Shown: positions 1 through 15,175 of the stretch, piece by piece | Layout of the letters: every line of letters begins with the position of its first letter | Position numbering within the stretch: the first letter of the stretch is position 1 | Origin: Anthoceros angustus | Lineage: Eukaryota > Plantae > Anthocerotophyta | Direction of reading: 5' to 3' | Length of the DNA stretch: 64,000 bases | NCBI GenBank assembly: GCA_010909165.1 | Contig: MU008217.1 | Span: 62,001-126,000, forward strand | Position numbers and translations under genes: made by a program | The notes under the pieces: model-generated | Databases searched by the model: none | What the model saw: the letters and a program-made list of their open reading frames with translations, nothing else | What the model was told of the DNA's origin: nothing

Positions 1-3000
1 AGACCATTTTACCGAGCACTTATTGTTTGATAGATGTTCAATTTTACCTTTGCATTCGTCCGCATTGGATGACGAGCACCGCCACGCCTTGCTTTCTTTT
101 ATTGAGCTTGATCAAGTCATCAAGACTCAATTTGCCTTCCTTAGCAGCGGTTTCATGCATGTGGTGACCGCCACCGTGGTCCTTTGCCTTAAGCTTGATC
201 AAGTCATGCTTATTCTTTTATTGAGCTTGATCAAGTCATCAAGACTCAATTTGCCTTCCTTAGCAGCGGTTTCATGCATGTGGTGACCGCCACCGTGGTC
301 CTTTGCCTTAAGCTTGATCAAGTCATCCACATTCTTTTATTGAGCTTGATCAAGTCATCAAGACTTAGATGACCACAACGTTGTCTTAGGTCCTCGAGCA
401 ACTCATAATTATTGCTTGGTCGCGAGGAATTCATTATTGCTTGGATGTTTGTGCTCTATAATGTATTTAAAATTGGTCAATATGGATTATTTTTGTGAAA
501 ATATATTCAACCGTGGTGGTTGCTCTCAATATCCTAGGCAAATCAATTGTTAACCGTTGCAAGGATGAGCAATTTTACCGACCACTTATTGTTTGATAGA
601 TGTTCAATTTTACCGACCACTTATTGTTTGATAGATGTTCAATTTTATAGACCACTTATTGTTTGATAGATGTTCAATTTTATGGACCACTTATTGTTTG
701 ATAGATGTTCAATTTTATAGACCACTTATTGTTTGATAGATGTTCAATTTCTTGACCACTTATTGTTTGATAGATGTTCAATTTTACCGAGCACTTATTG
801 TTTGATAGATGTTCAATTTTATAGACCACTTATTGTTTGATAGATGTTCAATTTTACCGAGCACTTATTGTTTGATAGATGTTCAATTTTATACACCACT
901 TATTGTTTGATAGATGTTCACGAGGTGGAGCGTGGCGAGGATGAGCAACTTAACAAACCACTTCTTGTTAGGCTTTCCTAAGGTGCAACGTTGCAAGGAT
1001 GAGCAACTTAACAAACCACTTAGATGATGGCTCCTTTATAGATGACCTTGAATACTAGATACTATACAGGATATTTGATATTTCCTTTCTAGCATCTTCA
1101 AATTGTTTTCTTGTGATAGGTACTATAAATGGATATTTGATATTTCCTTTATGGCACGTTCAAGTTGTTTTCTTGTAATACATACTATTAATGGATATAT
1201 GATATTTCCTTTCTAGCATCTTCAAATTTCATGGCCAAACGGAAAAAACATTACTACAATAATATAAATTAAACCACTTCTTGTTCTTCTTGTTCTTCTT
1301 CATCTTCTTCTTGTTCTTCTTGTTAGGCTTTCCTAAGGTGCAAGGATGATTTCAAGGATGAGCAATTTTACCTTTGCATTCGTCTAGACCATTTTACCGA
1401 CCACTTATTGTTTGATAGATGTTCAATTTTACCTTTGCATTCGTCTAGACCATTTTACCGACCACTTATTGTTTGATAGATGTTCAATTTTATGGACCAC
1501 TTATTGTTTGATAGATGTTCAATTTTACCGAGCACTTATTGTTTGATAGATGTTCAATTTTACCTTTGCATTCGTCTAGACCATTTTACCGACCACTTAT
1601 TGTTTGATAGATGTTCTAATTGTTTTCTTGTGAATACATAAGCATTGGGATTCTCATCTTCTTCTCTTCTTCTTCCTCTTCATCTTCTTCTTGTTCTTCT
1701 TCATCTTCTTCTTCTTCTTCTTCTTGTTTGAATTTTACCGACCACTTATTGTTTGATAGATGTTCAATTTTATACACCACTTATTGTTTGATAGATGTTC
1801 AATTTTATACACCACTTATTGTTTGATAGATGTTCAATTTTACCGCAATCATATATCGACAAGCTAGGGCACAAGTAACACTAAATATGCACAAGTTCCA
1901 CTAAGTACTTAAGCATCTAACTGCACACCAAAGTGTGTAGTTACAAACCTTGGAGGTTAAGTAGGGTGCGATTCGTCTTGCTACACTTATTGTTTGATAG
2001 ATGTTCACGAGGTGGAGCGTGGCGAGGATGAGCAACAACAAAATCCAAATGTAAAATTGAACATCTATCAAACAACAAACCACTTCTTGTTCTTCTTGTT
2101 TGAATTTTACCTTTGCATTCGTCCGCATTGGATGACGAGCACCGCCACGCCTTGCTTTCTTTTATTGAGCTTGATCAAGTCATCAAGACTCAATTTGCCT
2201 TCCTTAGCAGCGGTTTCATGCATGTGGTGACCGCCACCGTGGTCCTTTGCCTTAAGCTTGATCAAGTCATGCTTATTCTTTTATTGAGCTTGATCAAGTC
2301 ATCAAGACTCAATTTGCCTTCCTTAGCAGCGGTTTCATGCATGTGGTGACCGCCACCGTGGTCCTTTGCCTTAAGCTTGATCAAGTCATCCACATTCTTT
2401 TATTGAGCTTGATCAAGTCATCAAGACTTAGATGACCACAACGTTGTCTTAGGTCCTCGAGCAACTCATAATTATTGCTTGGTCGAGGAATTCATTATTG
2501 CTTGGATGTTTGTGCTCTATAATGTATTTAAAATTGGTCAATATGGATTATTTTTGTGAAAATATATTCAACCGTGGTGGTTGCTCTCAATATCCTAGGC
2601 AAATCAATTGTTAACCGTTGCAAGGATGAGCAATTTTACCGACCACTTATTGTTTGATAGATGTTCAATTTTACCACTTATTGTTTGATAGATGTTCAAT
2701 TTTATAGACCACTTATTGTTTGATAGATGTTCAATTTTATGGACCACTTATTGTTTGATAGATGTTCAATTTTATAGACCACTTATTGTTTGATAGATGT
2801 TCAATTTCTTGACCACTTATTGTTTGATAGATGTTCAATTTTAGAGCACTTATTGTTTGATAGATGTTCAATTTTATAGACCACTTATTGTTTGATAGAT
2901 GTTCAATTTTAGAGCACTTATTGTTTGATAGATGTTCAATTTTATACACCACTTATTGTTTGATAGATGTTCACGAGGTGGAGCGTGGCGAGGATGAGCA

Positions 3001-6000
3001 ACAACAAACCACTTCTTGTTAGGCTTTCCTAAGGTGCAACGTTGCAAGGTGGGCAACTCAACCAACCACTTAGATGATGGCTCCTTTATAGATGACCTTG
3101 AATACTAGATACTATACAGGATATTTGATATTTCCTTTCTAGCATCTTCAAATTGTTTTCTTGTGATAGGTACTATAAATGGATATTTGATATTTCCTTT
3201 ATGGCACGTTCAAGTTGTTTTCTTGTAATACATACTATTAATGGATATATGATATTTCCTTTCCAAAGATGTTCTAATTGTTTTCTTGTGGTAGCGATAT
3301 TATATTTATATTTGGTATTTTCTTTTGTGGTATCTTTGAATTTTACCACTTATTGTTTGATAGATGTTCACGAGGTGGAGCGTGGCGAGGATGAGCAATT
3401 TTACCGAGCACTTATTGTTTGATAGATGTTCAATTTCTTTCACGCTCGTATTGGTCCATCTTAGTAACAAAATGGCATGGTTGTGCAACTTAATAATTAA
3501 GTCTCCTCACTTGCCTTCTTAATGTACAACATGTCAATTGGAGAACTAAACTACACCAAATGTAAAATTGAACATCTATCAAACAACAAACCACTTCTTG
3601 TTAGGCTTTCCTAAGGTGCAAGCGGCAATTAGGAGACCCCAATACTTTAGTGTAGATGAGACCATCCAATTTGTACACCTTTGACATAAAGAACTACTCA
3701 TCATATTATGATTTCAAGGATGATTTCAAGGATGATTTCAAGGACTATCAAACAACAAACCACTTCTTGTTCTTCTTCCTCTTCATCTTCTTCTTGTTCT
3801 TCTTCTTCCTCTTCATCTTCTTCTTCCTCTTCATCTTCTTCATCTTCTTCTTGTTTGAATTTTACCACTTATTGTTTGATAGATGTTCAATTTTATACAC
3901 CACTTATTGTTTGATAGATGTTCACGAGGTGGAGCGTGGCGAGGATGAGCAACAACAAAATCCAAATGTAAAATTGAACATCTATCAAACAACAAAATCC
4001 AAATGTAAAATTGAACATCTATCAAACAACAAACCACTTCTTGTTCTTCTTCATCTTCTTCATTTGTTCTTCTTCATTTGTTCTTCTTCTTGTTCTTCTT
4101 CATTTGTTCTTCTTCATCTTCTTCATTTGTTCTTCTTCATCTTCTTCTTGTTAGGCTTTCCTAAGGTGCAAGCGGCAATTAGGAGACCCCAATACTTTAG
4201 TGTAGATGAGACCATCCAATTTGTACACCTTTGACATAAAGAACTACTCATCATATTATGATTTCAAGGATGATTTCAAGGATGAGCAATTTTACCACTT
4301 ATTGTTTGATAGATGTTCAATTTTATAGACCACTTATTGTTTGATAGATGTTCACGAGGTGGAGCGTGGCGAGGATGAGCAACTTAACAAACCACTTCTT
4401 GTTCTTCTTCACCTCTAGGTATTGTATGTATACATGTTTAGTATAGTGATTATTTTTGTGAAAATATATTCAACCGTGGTGGTTGCTCTCAATATCCTAG
4501 GCAAATCAATTGTTAACCGTTGCAAGGATGAGCAACTTAATAATTAAGTCTCCTCACTTGCCTTCTTAATGTACAACATGTCAATTGAGAACTAAACTAC
4601 ACCAAATCTTTATCAAGGTGCCCAATATTGCAAGGTGGGCAACTCAACCAACCACTTAGATGACCACAACGTTGTCTTAGGTCCTCGAGCAACTCATAAT
4701 TATTGCTTGGTCGCGAGGAATTCATTATTGCTTGGTCGCGAGGAATTCATTATTGCTTGGATGTTTGTGCTCTATAATGTATTTAAAATTGGTCAATATG
4801 GATTATTTTTGTGAAAATATATTCAACCGTGGTGGTTGCTCTCAATATCCTAGGCAAATCAATTGTTAACCGTTGCAAGGATGATTTCAAGGATGAGCAA
4901 CAACAAACCACTTCTTGTTCTTCTTCTTCATCTTCTTCATCTTCTTCTTCATCTTCTTCATCTTCTTCTTGTTAGGCTTTCCTAAGGTGCAAGCGGCAAT
5001 TAGGAGACCCCAATACTTTAGTGTAGATGAGACCATCCAATTTGTACACCTTTGACATAAAGAACTACTCATCATATTATGATTTCAAGGATGAGCAACT
5101 TTACCACTTATTGTTTGATAGATGTTCACGAGGTGGAGCGTGGCGAGGATGAGCAACTTAATAATTAAGTCTCCTCACTTGCCTTCTTAATGTACAACAT
5201 GTCAATTGAGAACTAAACTACACCAAATCTTTATCAAGGTGCCCAATATTGCAAGGATGATTTCAAGGATGATTTCAAGGATGAGCAATTTTACCGACCA
5301 CTTATTGTTTGATAGATGTTCAATTTTACCACTTATTGTTTGATAGATGTTCACGAGGTGGAGCGTGGCGAGGATGAGCAATTTTACCACTTATTGTTTG
5401 ATAGATGTTCAATTTTACCGACCACTTATTGTTTGATAGATGTTCACGAGGTGGAGCGTGGCGAGGATGAGCAATTTTACCGAGCACTTATTGTTTGATA
5501 GATGTTCTAATTGTTTTCTTGTGAATACATAAGCATTGGGATTCTCATCTTCTTCATCTTCTTCATCTTCTTCTTCATCTTCTTCATCTTCTTCTTGTTA
5601 GGCTTTCCTAAGGTGCAAGCGGCAATTAGGAGACCCCAATACTTTAGTGTAGATGAGACCATCCAATTTGTACACCTTTGACATAAAGAACTACTCATCA
5701 TATTATGATTTCAAGGACTATCAAACAACAAACCACTTCTTGTTAGGCTTTCCTAAGGTGCAAGCGGCAATTAGGAGACCCCAATACTTTAGTGTAGATG
5801 AGACCATCCAATTTGTACACCTTTGACATAAAGAACTACTCATCATATTATGATTTCAAGGATGATTTCAAGGATGATTTCAAGGATGATTTCAAGGATG
5901 ATTTCAAGGATGAGCAACTTAACAAACCACTTCTTGTTCTTCTTCATTTGTTCTTCTTGTTAGGCTTTCCTAAGGTGCAAGCGGCAATTAGGAGACCCCA

Positions 6001-7005
6001 ATACTTTAGTGTAGATGAGACCATCCAATTTGTACACCTTTGACATAAAGAACTACTCATCATATTATGATTTCAAGGATGATTTCAAGGATGAGCAACT
6101 TAACAAACCACTTCTTGTTCTTCTTCATTTGTTCTTCTTCATTTGTTCTTCTTCTTCATTTGTTCTTCTTGTTAGGCTTTCCTAAGGTGCAAGCGGCAAT
6201 TAGGAGACCCCAATACTTTAGTGTAGATGAGACCATCCAATTTGTACACCTTTGACATAAAGAACTACTCATCATATTATGATTTCAAGGACTATCAAAC
6301 AACAAAATCCAAATGTAAAATTGAACATCTATCAAACAACAAAGAAACATACAACCATATTACATACATATGGTGACCGCCACCGTGGTCCTTTGCCTTA
6401 AGCTTGATCAAGTCATCCACATTCTTTTATTGAGCTTGATCAAGTCATCCACATTCTTTTATTGAGCTTGATCAAGTCATCCACATTCTTTTATTGAGCT
6501 TGATCAAGTCATCAAGATCAAACAACAAACCACTTCTTGTTAGGCTTTCCTAAGGTGCAAGCGGCAATTAGGAGACCCCAATACTTTAGTGTAGATGAGA
6601 CCATCCAATTTGTACACCTTTGACATAAAGAACTACTCATCATATTATGATTTCAAGGATGATTTCAAGGATGAGCAACTTAACAAACCACTTCTTGTTC
6701 TTCTTCATCTTCTTCATTTGTTCTTCTTCTTCCTCTTCATCTTCTTCATTTGTTCTTCTTGTTTGAATTTTACCGAGCACTTATTGTTTGATAGATGTTC
6801 ACGAGGTGGAGCGTGGCGAGGATGAGCAACTTAACAAACCACTTCTTGTTCTTCTTCATCTTCTTCTTCCTCTTCATCTTCTTCATTTGTTCTTCTTGTT
6901 AGGCTTTCCTAAGGTGCAAGCGGCAATTAGGAGACCCCAATACTTTAGTGTAGATGAGACCATCCAATTTGTACACCTTTGACATAAAGAACTACTCATC
7001 ATATT

Positions 7006-7150
7006 ATGATTTCAAGGATGATTTCAAGGATGATTTCAAGGATGATTTCAAGGATGATTTCAAGGATGATTTCAAGGATGATTTCAAGGATGATTTCAAG
7101 GATGATTTCAAGGATGATTTCAAGGATGATTTCAAGGATGATTTCAAGGA
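7006..7150 (+). repeat. 12-bp tandem repeat (ATGATTTCAAGG) x12
   Basis: Perfect repeat; an 11-copy run lies at 9655-9787 and runs of 1-5 copies occur elsewhere. Confidence 0.95.
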
Positions 7151-10100
7151 TGAGCAACAACAAAATCCAAATGTAAAATTGAACATCTATCAAACAATAG
7201 AGAGAACCTTGTGCATCTTTGAATCTTTAGACATTTGGCTTGGGCTCGATATCGATCCCCGCTCCTTCTTGTTAGGCTTTCCTAAGGTGCAAGCGGCAAT
7301 TAGGAGACCCCAATACTTTAGTGTAGATGAGACCATCCAATTTGTACACCTTTGACATAAAGAACTACTCATCATATTATGATTTCAAGGATGATTTCAA
7401 GGATGAGCAATTTTACCGAGCACTTATTGTTTGATAGATGTTCACGAGGTGGAGCGTGGCGAGGATGAGCAATTTTACCGAGCACTTATTGTTTGATAGA
7501 TGTTCACGAGGTGGAGCGTGGCGAGGATGAGCAACTTAACAAACCACTTCTTGTTCTTCTTCCTCTTCATCTTCTTCATTTGTTCTTCTTCTTGTTAGGC
7601 TTTCCTAAGGTGCAAGCGGCAATTAGGAGACCCCAATACTTTAGTGTAGATGAGACCATCCAATTTGTACACCTTTGACATAAAGAACTACTCATCATAT
7701 TATGATTTCAAGGACTATCAAACAACAAAATCCAAATGTAAAATTGAAGTTCAAAACCGCCCAATCATATATGATATTTCCTTTCCAAAGATGTTCTAAT
7801 TGTTTTCTTGTGGTAGCGATATTATATTTATATTTGGTATTTTCTTTTGTGGTATCTTTGAATTTCTTTCACGCTCGTATTGGTCCATCTTAGTAACAAA
7901 ATGGCATGGTTGTGCAACTTAATAATTAAGTCTCCTCACCTTGCCTTCTTAATGTACAACATGTCAATTGGAGAACTAAACTACACCAAATGCTAAAGGA
8001 ATAGAAGTTGATGTGGGAAATAGTTACCACACGTGATTAGACAAAGGCATTTGTTTCGTTCCTTGATGAACTTTGTGACGTGAACTAAGCAATGTCATGC
8101 CTAACACTTCAGCCCAAATGTGGTAACATGGTCATAGTTTTAACCTTATCAATGTTATGAATTGTGTGCTAAACTTACGTCAACTTAAGGCTGGCCTTGA
8201 TTGCCACGAACCTCTTATGTTGAAGCTCACGATGGCCTCCCAAAACTGCTTCTTACTAAGGGCTGTCCATGGCATTCAAACCTTCATCAAAAGGAGCCAT
8301 TCGTATATCTAGTTTGCACACCAAATCTTTATCAAGGTGCCCAATATTGCAAGGTGCAAGCGGCAATTAGGAGACCCCAATACTTTAGTGTAGATGAGAC
8401 CATCCAATTTGTACACCTTTGACATAAAGAACTACTCATCATATTATGATTTCAAGGATGATTTCAAGGACTATCAAACAACAAAACAAAACAAACCTAG
8501 ACTTGTAGGATAAGAGGTTAGTCGAGAGACTTTGCGTTGTGGAATAGCAGGGTTTGACCTACTTTGGGCTTTTCTTGTGAATACATAAGCATTGGGATTC
8601 TCATCTTATCTCCATTTTCAAATTTCATGGCCAAACGGAAAAAACATTACTACAATAATATAAATTAAACCACTAGCACAACAAAAATTAAGGCATAATA
8701 AAGCAAAAAAAAGAATAAAACATAAAACATAAAACAAAACAAAACCTCAAACAACAAAACAAAACAATAGAGAGAACCTTGTGCATCTTTGAATCTTTAG
8801 ACATTTGGCTTGGGCTCGATATCGATCCCCGCTCCTTCTTGTCTGGTGGTAACACAATATCAAGGCGATGTGCTCGCCGTGCATTGAACTTGAGAATTTA
8901 TGGTCTTGGTAATGACATTGTTGCACCACTTGTGGCTGCAAAGGAGTTTCTCAATAGGCTAGAGGTCGATGTGGTCGTTGCTCGAGCCTTGCTTGGAAAG
9001 GATCTTTGGTAGAGACCGCATATTGATTATGACTTTTCACTCCATGGATGATCGCCTCCAGTTATGAAGGCTAGGTCTATGTTACAGACGACTCTTATAT
9101 ATCAATCGATCTTACACCATTGCAATGGAAGATTAAGAAGGAGAAGTTACCGAGCACTTATTGTTTGATAGATGTTCTAATTGTTTTCTTGTAATACATA
9201 CTATTAATGGATATTTGATATTTCCTTTATGGCACGTTCAAGTTGTTTTCTTGTGATAGGTACTATAAATGGATATTTGATATTTCCTTTCTAGCATCTT
9301 CAAATTGTTTTCTTGTGGTATCTTTGAATTTTACCGCAATCTATGTAGTTGCCCAATATTGCAAGGATGATTTCAAGGATGAGCAACTTAACAAAACCAC
9401 TTCTTGTTCTTCTTCCTCTTCCTATAACATGTGCCGCCACACTCCCATTTGGGGTCGTTGGTTTGCCATCAAGATCAAACAACAAAACCACTTCTTGTTC
9501 TTCTTCATCTTCTTCTTCCTCTTCATCTTCTTCATTTGTTCTTCTTGTTAGGCTTTCCTAAGGTGCAAGCGGCAATTAGGAGACCCCAATACTTTAGTGT
9601 AGATGAGACCATCCAATTTGTACACCTTTGACATAAAGAACTACTCATCATATTATGATTTCAAGGATGATTTCAAGGATGATTTCAAGGATGATTTCAA
9701 GGATGATTTCAAGGATGATTTCAAGGATGATTTCAAGGATGATTTCAAGGATGATTTCAAGGATGATTTCAAGGATGATTTCAAGGATGAGCAACTTAAT
9801 AATTAAGTCTCCTCACTTGCCTTCTTAATGTACAACATGTCAATTGAGAACTAAACTACACCAAATCTTTATCAAGGTGCCCAATATTGCAAGGATGAGC
9901 AACTTAACAAAACCACTTCTTGTTAGGCTTTCCTAAGGTGCAAGCGGCAATTAGGAGACCCCAATACTTTAGTGTAGATGAGACCATCCAATTTGTACAC
10001 CTTTGACATAAAGAACTACTCATCATATTATGATTTCAAGGATGAGCAACTTAACAAAACCACTTCTTGTTAGGCTTTCCTAAGGTGCAAGCGGCAATTA

Positions 10101-10965
10101 GGAGACCCCAATACTTTGGGCTTTTCTTGTGAATACATAAGCATTGGGATTCTCATCTTATCTCCATTTTCAAATTTCATGGCCAAACGGAAAAAACATT
10201 ACTACAATAATATAAATTAAACCACTAGCACAACAAAAATTAAGGCATAATAAAGCAAAAAAAGAATAAAACATAAAACATAAAACAAAACAAAACCTCA
10301 AACAACAAAACAAAACAAAACAATAGAGAGAACCTTGTGCATCTTTTGAATCTTTAGACATTTGGCTTGGGCTCGATATCGATCCCCGCTCCTTCTTGTC
10401 TGGTGGTAACACAATATCAAGGATGATTTCAAGGATGAGCAATTTTACCTTTGCATTGAACTTGAGAATTTATGGTCTTGGTAATGACATTGTTGCACCA
10501 CTTGTGGCTGCAAAGGAGTTTCTCAATAGGCTAGAGGTCGATGTGGTCGTTGCTCGAGCCTTGCTTGGAAAGGATCTTTGGTAGAGACCGCATATTGATT
10601 ATGACTTTTCACTCCATGGATGATCGCCTCCAGTTATGAAGGCTAGGTCTATGTTACAGACGACTCTTATATATCAATCGATCTTACACCATTGCAATGG
10701 AAGATTAAGAAGGAGAAGTTACCGCTTCTTACTAAGGGCTGTCCATGGCATTCAAACCTTCATCAAGACTCAATTTCTTTCATGGGGATGAATTTGTGGT
10801 GTTTAGCCCTCGTTCATGCATTTCATTAACATTATTGATTGATTGAAGATTATTTGTCTTGTTTGAATTTTACCTTTGCATTCGTCTAGACCATTTTACC
10901 GCAATCTATGTAGTTGCCATATTTCAATCCTATGACGAAGATCCGTCCTTAGTGGACTTGAATAA

Positions 10966-11171
10966 ATTTCTTCTTCTCTTCATCTTCTTCTTCTTCATTT
11001 GTTCTTCTTGTTCTTCTTTGTTCTTCTTCTTCTTCTCTTCTTCATCTTCTTCTTTGTTCTTCTTCTTCTTCTTCTTCTTCTTCTTCCTCTTCATCTTCTT
11101 CTTCTTCTTGTTCTTCTTGTTCTTCTTCTTGTTCTTCTTCTTCTCTTCTTCTTCATCTTCTTCTTCTTCTT
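10966..11171 (+). repeat. Degenerate (TTC)n microsatellite
   Basis: TTC/TTG/CTC/ATC triplet run; similar runs at 1655-1725, 3765-3850, 4035-4150 and 14350-14520. Confidence 0.9.
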
Positions 11172-14100
11172 ACAGTTATTAATTGTATTTAGAAAACTAT
11201 GAAACTTCTTCACCTCTAGGTATTGTATGTATACATGTTTAGTATAGTGATTATTTTTCACTAGCATAGTAAATAAAAATTATTTATTTAATTATTTATG
11301 TATGCTATTCTTTGCAACAACAAAGAAACATACAACCATATTACATACATATCAGGCCCTTCTTGTTTCCACCTTTAAATTTGCATACTAAATTGTGCTA
11401 ACATGAAGTCTTGCGATATGCAATCTCGCATCACTTGACCATGGTACACATCTAGCTCCGCATCCAAGACCTCTGCACTTTTGACTATGGCGGAGGTTGG
11501 CTACCTCCTCTTCCTATAACATGTGCCGCCACACTCCCATTTGGGGTCGTTGGTTTGCCGCTTGTATTATCATTCGCATATCAATTGCCTCAATGGTCAT
11601 TGGTTTGCCATCAAGATCAAGTGGTTGTTTGGCTTAGTGGTTCGACGAGCTTTTGCCTTAAGCTTGATCAAGTCATCCACATTCTTTTATTGAGCTTGAT
11701 CAAGTCATGCTTATTCTTTGCAACAAAGTCGTGGCTCAAGTATCACAAAGTTAGAGACTTCAACTTAAACTGTGAGACAAGATCAGACAACAAAATCCAA
11801 ATGTAAAAATTGAAGTTCAAAACCGCCCAATCATATATCGACAAGCTAGGGCACAAGTAACACTAAATATGCACAAGTTCCACTAAGTACTTAAGCATCT
11901 AACTTTGTGACGTGAACTAAGCAATGTCATGCCTAACACTTCAGCCCAAATGTGGTAACATGGTCATAGTTTTAACCTTATTAATGTTATGAATTGCGTG
12001 CTAAACTTACGTCAACTTAAGGCTGGCCTTGATTGCCACGAACCTCTTATGTTGAAGCTCACGATGGCCTCCCAAATGTGGTAACATGGTCATAGTTTTA
12101 ACCTTATTAATGTTATGAATTGCGTGCTAAACTTACGTCAACTTAAGGCTGGCCTTGATTGCCACGAACCTCTTATGTTGAAGCTCACGATGGCCTCCCA
12201 AAACTGCTTCTTACTAAGGGCTGTCCATGGCATTCAAACCTTCATCAAGACTTAGATGACCACAACGTTGTCTTAGGTCCTCGAGCAACTCATAATTATT
12301 GCTTGGATGTTTGTGCTCTATAATGTATTTAAAATTGGTCAATATGGATTATTTTTGTGAAAATATATTCAACCGTGGTGGTTGCTCGAGCCTTGCTTTC
12401 TTTCACGCTCGTATTGGTCCATCTTAGTAACAAAATGGCATGGTTGTGCAACTTAATAATTAAGTCTCCTCACTTGCCTTCTTAATGTACAACATGTCAA
12501 TTGGAGAACTAAACTACACCAAATCTTTATCAAGGTGCCCAATATTGCAAGGTGCAAGCGGCAATTAGGAGACCCCAATACTTTAGTGTAGATGAGACCA
12601 TCCAATTTGTACACCTTTGACATAAAGAACTACTCATCATATTATGATTTCAAGGATGATTTCAAGGATGAGCAACTTAACAAAACCACTTCTTGTTAGG
12701 CTTTCCTAAGGTGCAAGCGGCAATTAGGAGACCCCAATACTTTAGTGTAGATGAGACCATCCAATTTGTACACCTTTGACATAAAGAACTACTCATCATA
12801 TTATGATTTCAAGGATGAGCAACTTAACAAAACCACTTCTTGTTAGGCTTTCCTAAGGTGCAAGCGGCAATTAGGAGACCCCAATACTTTAGTGTAGATG
12901 AGACCATCCAATTTGTACACCTTTGACATAAAGAACTACTCATCATATTATGATTTCAAGGATGATTTCAAGGATGATTTCAAGGATGATTTCAAGGACT
13001 ATCAAACAACAAAGAAACATACAACCATATTACATACATATGGTGACCGCCACCGTGGTCCTTTGCCTTAAGCTTGATCAAGTCATCCACATTCTTTTAT
13101 TGAGCTTGATCAAGTCATCAAGACTCAATTGCCTTAAGCTTGATCAAGTCATGCTTATTCTTTTATTGAGCTTGATCAAGTCATCAAGATCAAACAACAA
13201 AGAAACATACAACCATATTACATACATATGGTGACCGCCACGCCTTGCTTTCTTTCACGCTCGTATTGGTCCATCTTAGTAACAAAATGGCATGGTTGTG
13301 CAACTTAACAAAACCACTTCTTGTTCTTCTTCATCTTCTTCATCTTCTTCATCTTCTTCTTGTTCTTCTTGTTAGGCTTTCCTAAGGTGCAAGCGGCAAT
13401 TAGGAGACCCCAATACTTTAGTGTAGATGAGACCATCCAATTTGTACACCTTTGACATAAAGAACTACTCATCATATTATGATTTCAAGGATGATTTCAA
13501 GGATGATTTCAAGGATGAGCAACTTAATAATTAAGTCTCCTCACTTGCCTTCTTAATGTACAACATGTCAATTGGAGAACTAAACTACACCAAATGTAAA
13601 ATTGAACATCTATCAAACAACAAAATCCAAATGTAAAATTGAACATCTATCAAACAACAAAATCCAAATGTAAAATTGAACATCTATCAAACAACAAAAC
13701 CACTTCTTGTTCTTCTTGTTCTTCTTCTTCCTCTTCATCTTCTTCATTTGTTCTTCTTGTTCTTCTTCATCTTCTTCTTGTTAGGCTTTCCTAAGGTGCA
13801 AGCGGCAATTAGGAGACCCCAATACTTTAGTGTAGATGAGACCATCCAATTTGTACACCTTTGACATAAAGAACTACTCATCATATTATGATTTCAAGGA
13901 TGAGCAATTTTACCTTTGCATTCGTCCGCATTGGATGACGAGCACCGCCACGCCTTGCTTTCTTTTATTGAGCTTGATCAAGTCATCAAGACTCAATTGC
14001 CTTCCTTAGCAGCAGCGGTTCCATACATATGGTGACCGCCACCGTGGTCCTTTGCCTTAAGCTTGATCAAGTCATGCTTATTCTTTTATTGAGCTTGATC

Positions 14101-14909
14101 AAGTCATCAAGACTCAATTGCCTTCCTTAGCAGCGGTTTCATGCATGTGGTGACCGCCACCGTGGTCCTTTGCCTTAAGCTTGATCAAGTCATCCACATT
14201 CTTTTATTGAGCTTGATCAAGTCATCAAGACTTAGATGACCACAACGTTGTCTTAGGTCCTCGAGCAACTCATAATTATTTATGTATGCTATTCTTTGCA
14301 ACAACAAAATCCAAATGTAAAATTGAACATCTATCAAACAACAAACCACTTCTTGTTCTTCTTCATCTTCTTCATCTTCTTCATTTGTTCTTCTTCCTCT
14401 TCATCTTCTTCATTTGTTCTTCTTGTTCTTCTTCATCTTCTTCATTTGTTCTTCTTCATCTTCTTCATCTTCTTCATCTTCTTCTTCCTCTTCATCTTCT
14501 TCTTCCTCTTCATCTTCTTCTTGTTTCCACCTTTAAATTTGCAACAAAGTCGGGCTCAAGTATCACAAAGTTAGAGACTTCAACTTAAACCGTGAGACAA
14601 GATCAAACAACAAAATCCAAATGTAAAAATTGAAGTTCAAAACCGCCCAATCATATATCGACAAGCTAGGGCACAAGTAACACTAAATATGCACAAGTTC
14701 CACTAAGTACTTAAGCATCTAACCTGGCACACCAAAGTGTGTAGTTACAAACCTTGGAGGTTAAGTAGGGTGCAGTTCGTCTTGCTACACGGTTATCTGT
14801 AAGTCGTGTGTCAACACCTCCGGAGCCCCGCCTCGAGAACCTCTCGTCCTTGGCAACAGTTGCGTCCCGCATTGGATGACGAGCACCGCCACGCCTTGCT
14901 TTCTTTTTA

Positions 14910-15175
14910 TTGAGCTTGATCAAGTCATCAAGACTCAATTTGCCTTCCTTAGCAGTAGCGGTTCCATACATACGGTGACCACCACCGTGGTCCTTTGCCT
15001 TAAGCTTGATCAAGTCATGCTTATTCTTTTATTGAGCTTGATCAAGTCATCAAGACTCAATTGCCTTCCTTAGCAGCGGTTTCATGCATGTGGTGACCGC
15101 CACCGTGGTCCTTTGCCTTAAGCTTGATCAAGTCATCCACATTCTTTTATTGAGCTTGATCAAGTCATCAAGACT
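14910..15175 (+). repeat. ~119-bp subrepeat (2 copies plus a partial) carrying CTTGATCAAG palindromes
   Basis: TGAGCTTGATCAAGTCATCAAGACTCAATTTGCCTTCCTTAGCAGCGG...GTGACCGCCACCGTGGTCCTTTGCCTTAAGCTTGATCAAGTCAT is repeated. The same block occurs at 100-365, 2165-2430 and 13965-14230. Confidence 0.85.

Noticed and set aside
570-920. 31-bp repeats resembling a CRISPR array
   Set aside because: Linkers are only a few nucleotides and recur, there are no unique spacers or cas genes, and the context is eukaryotic.
8201-8422. HDGLPKLLLT resembling integrase HGLPKSIVSD within the array template
   Set aside because: The match is too short and no other integrase motifs line up.
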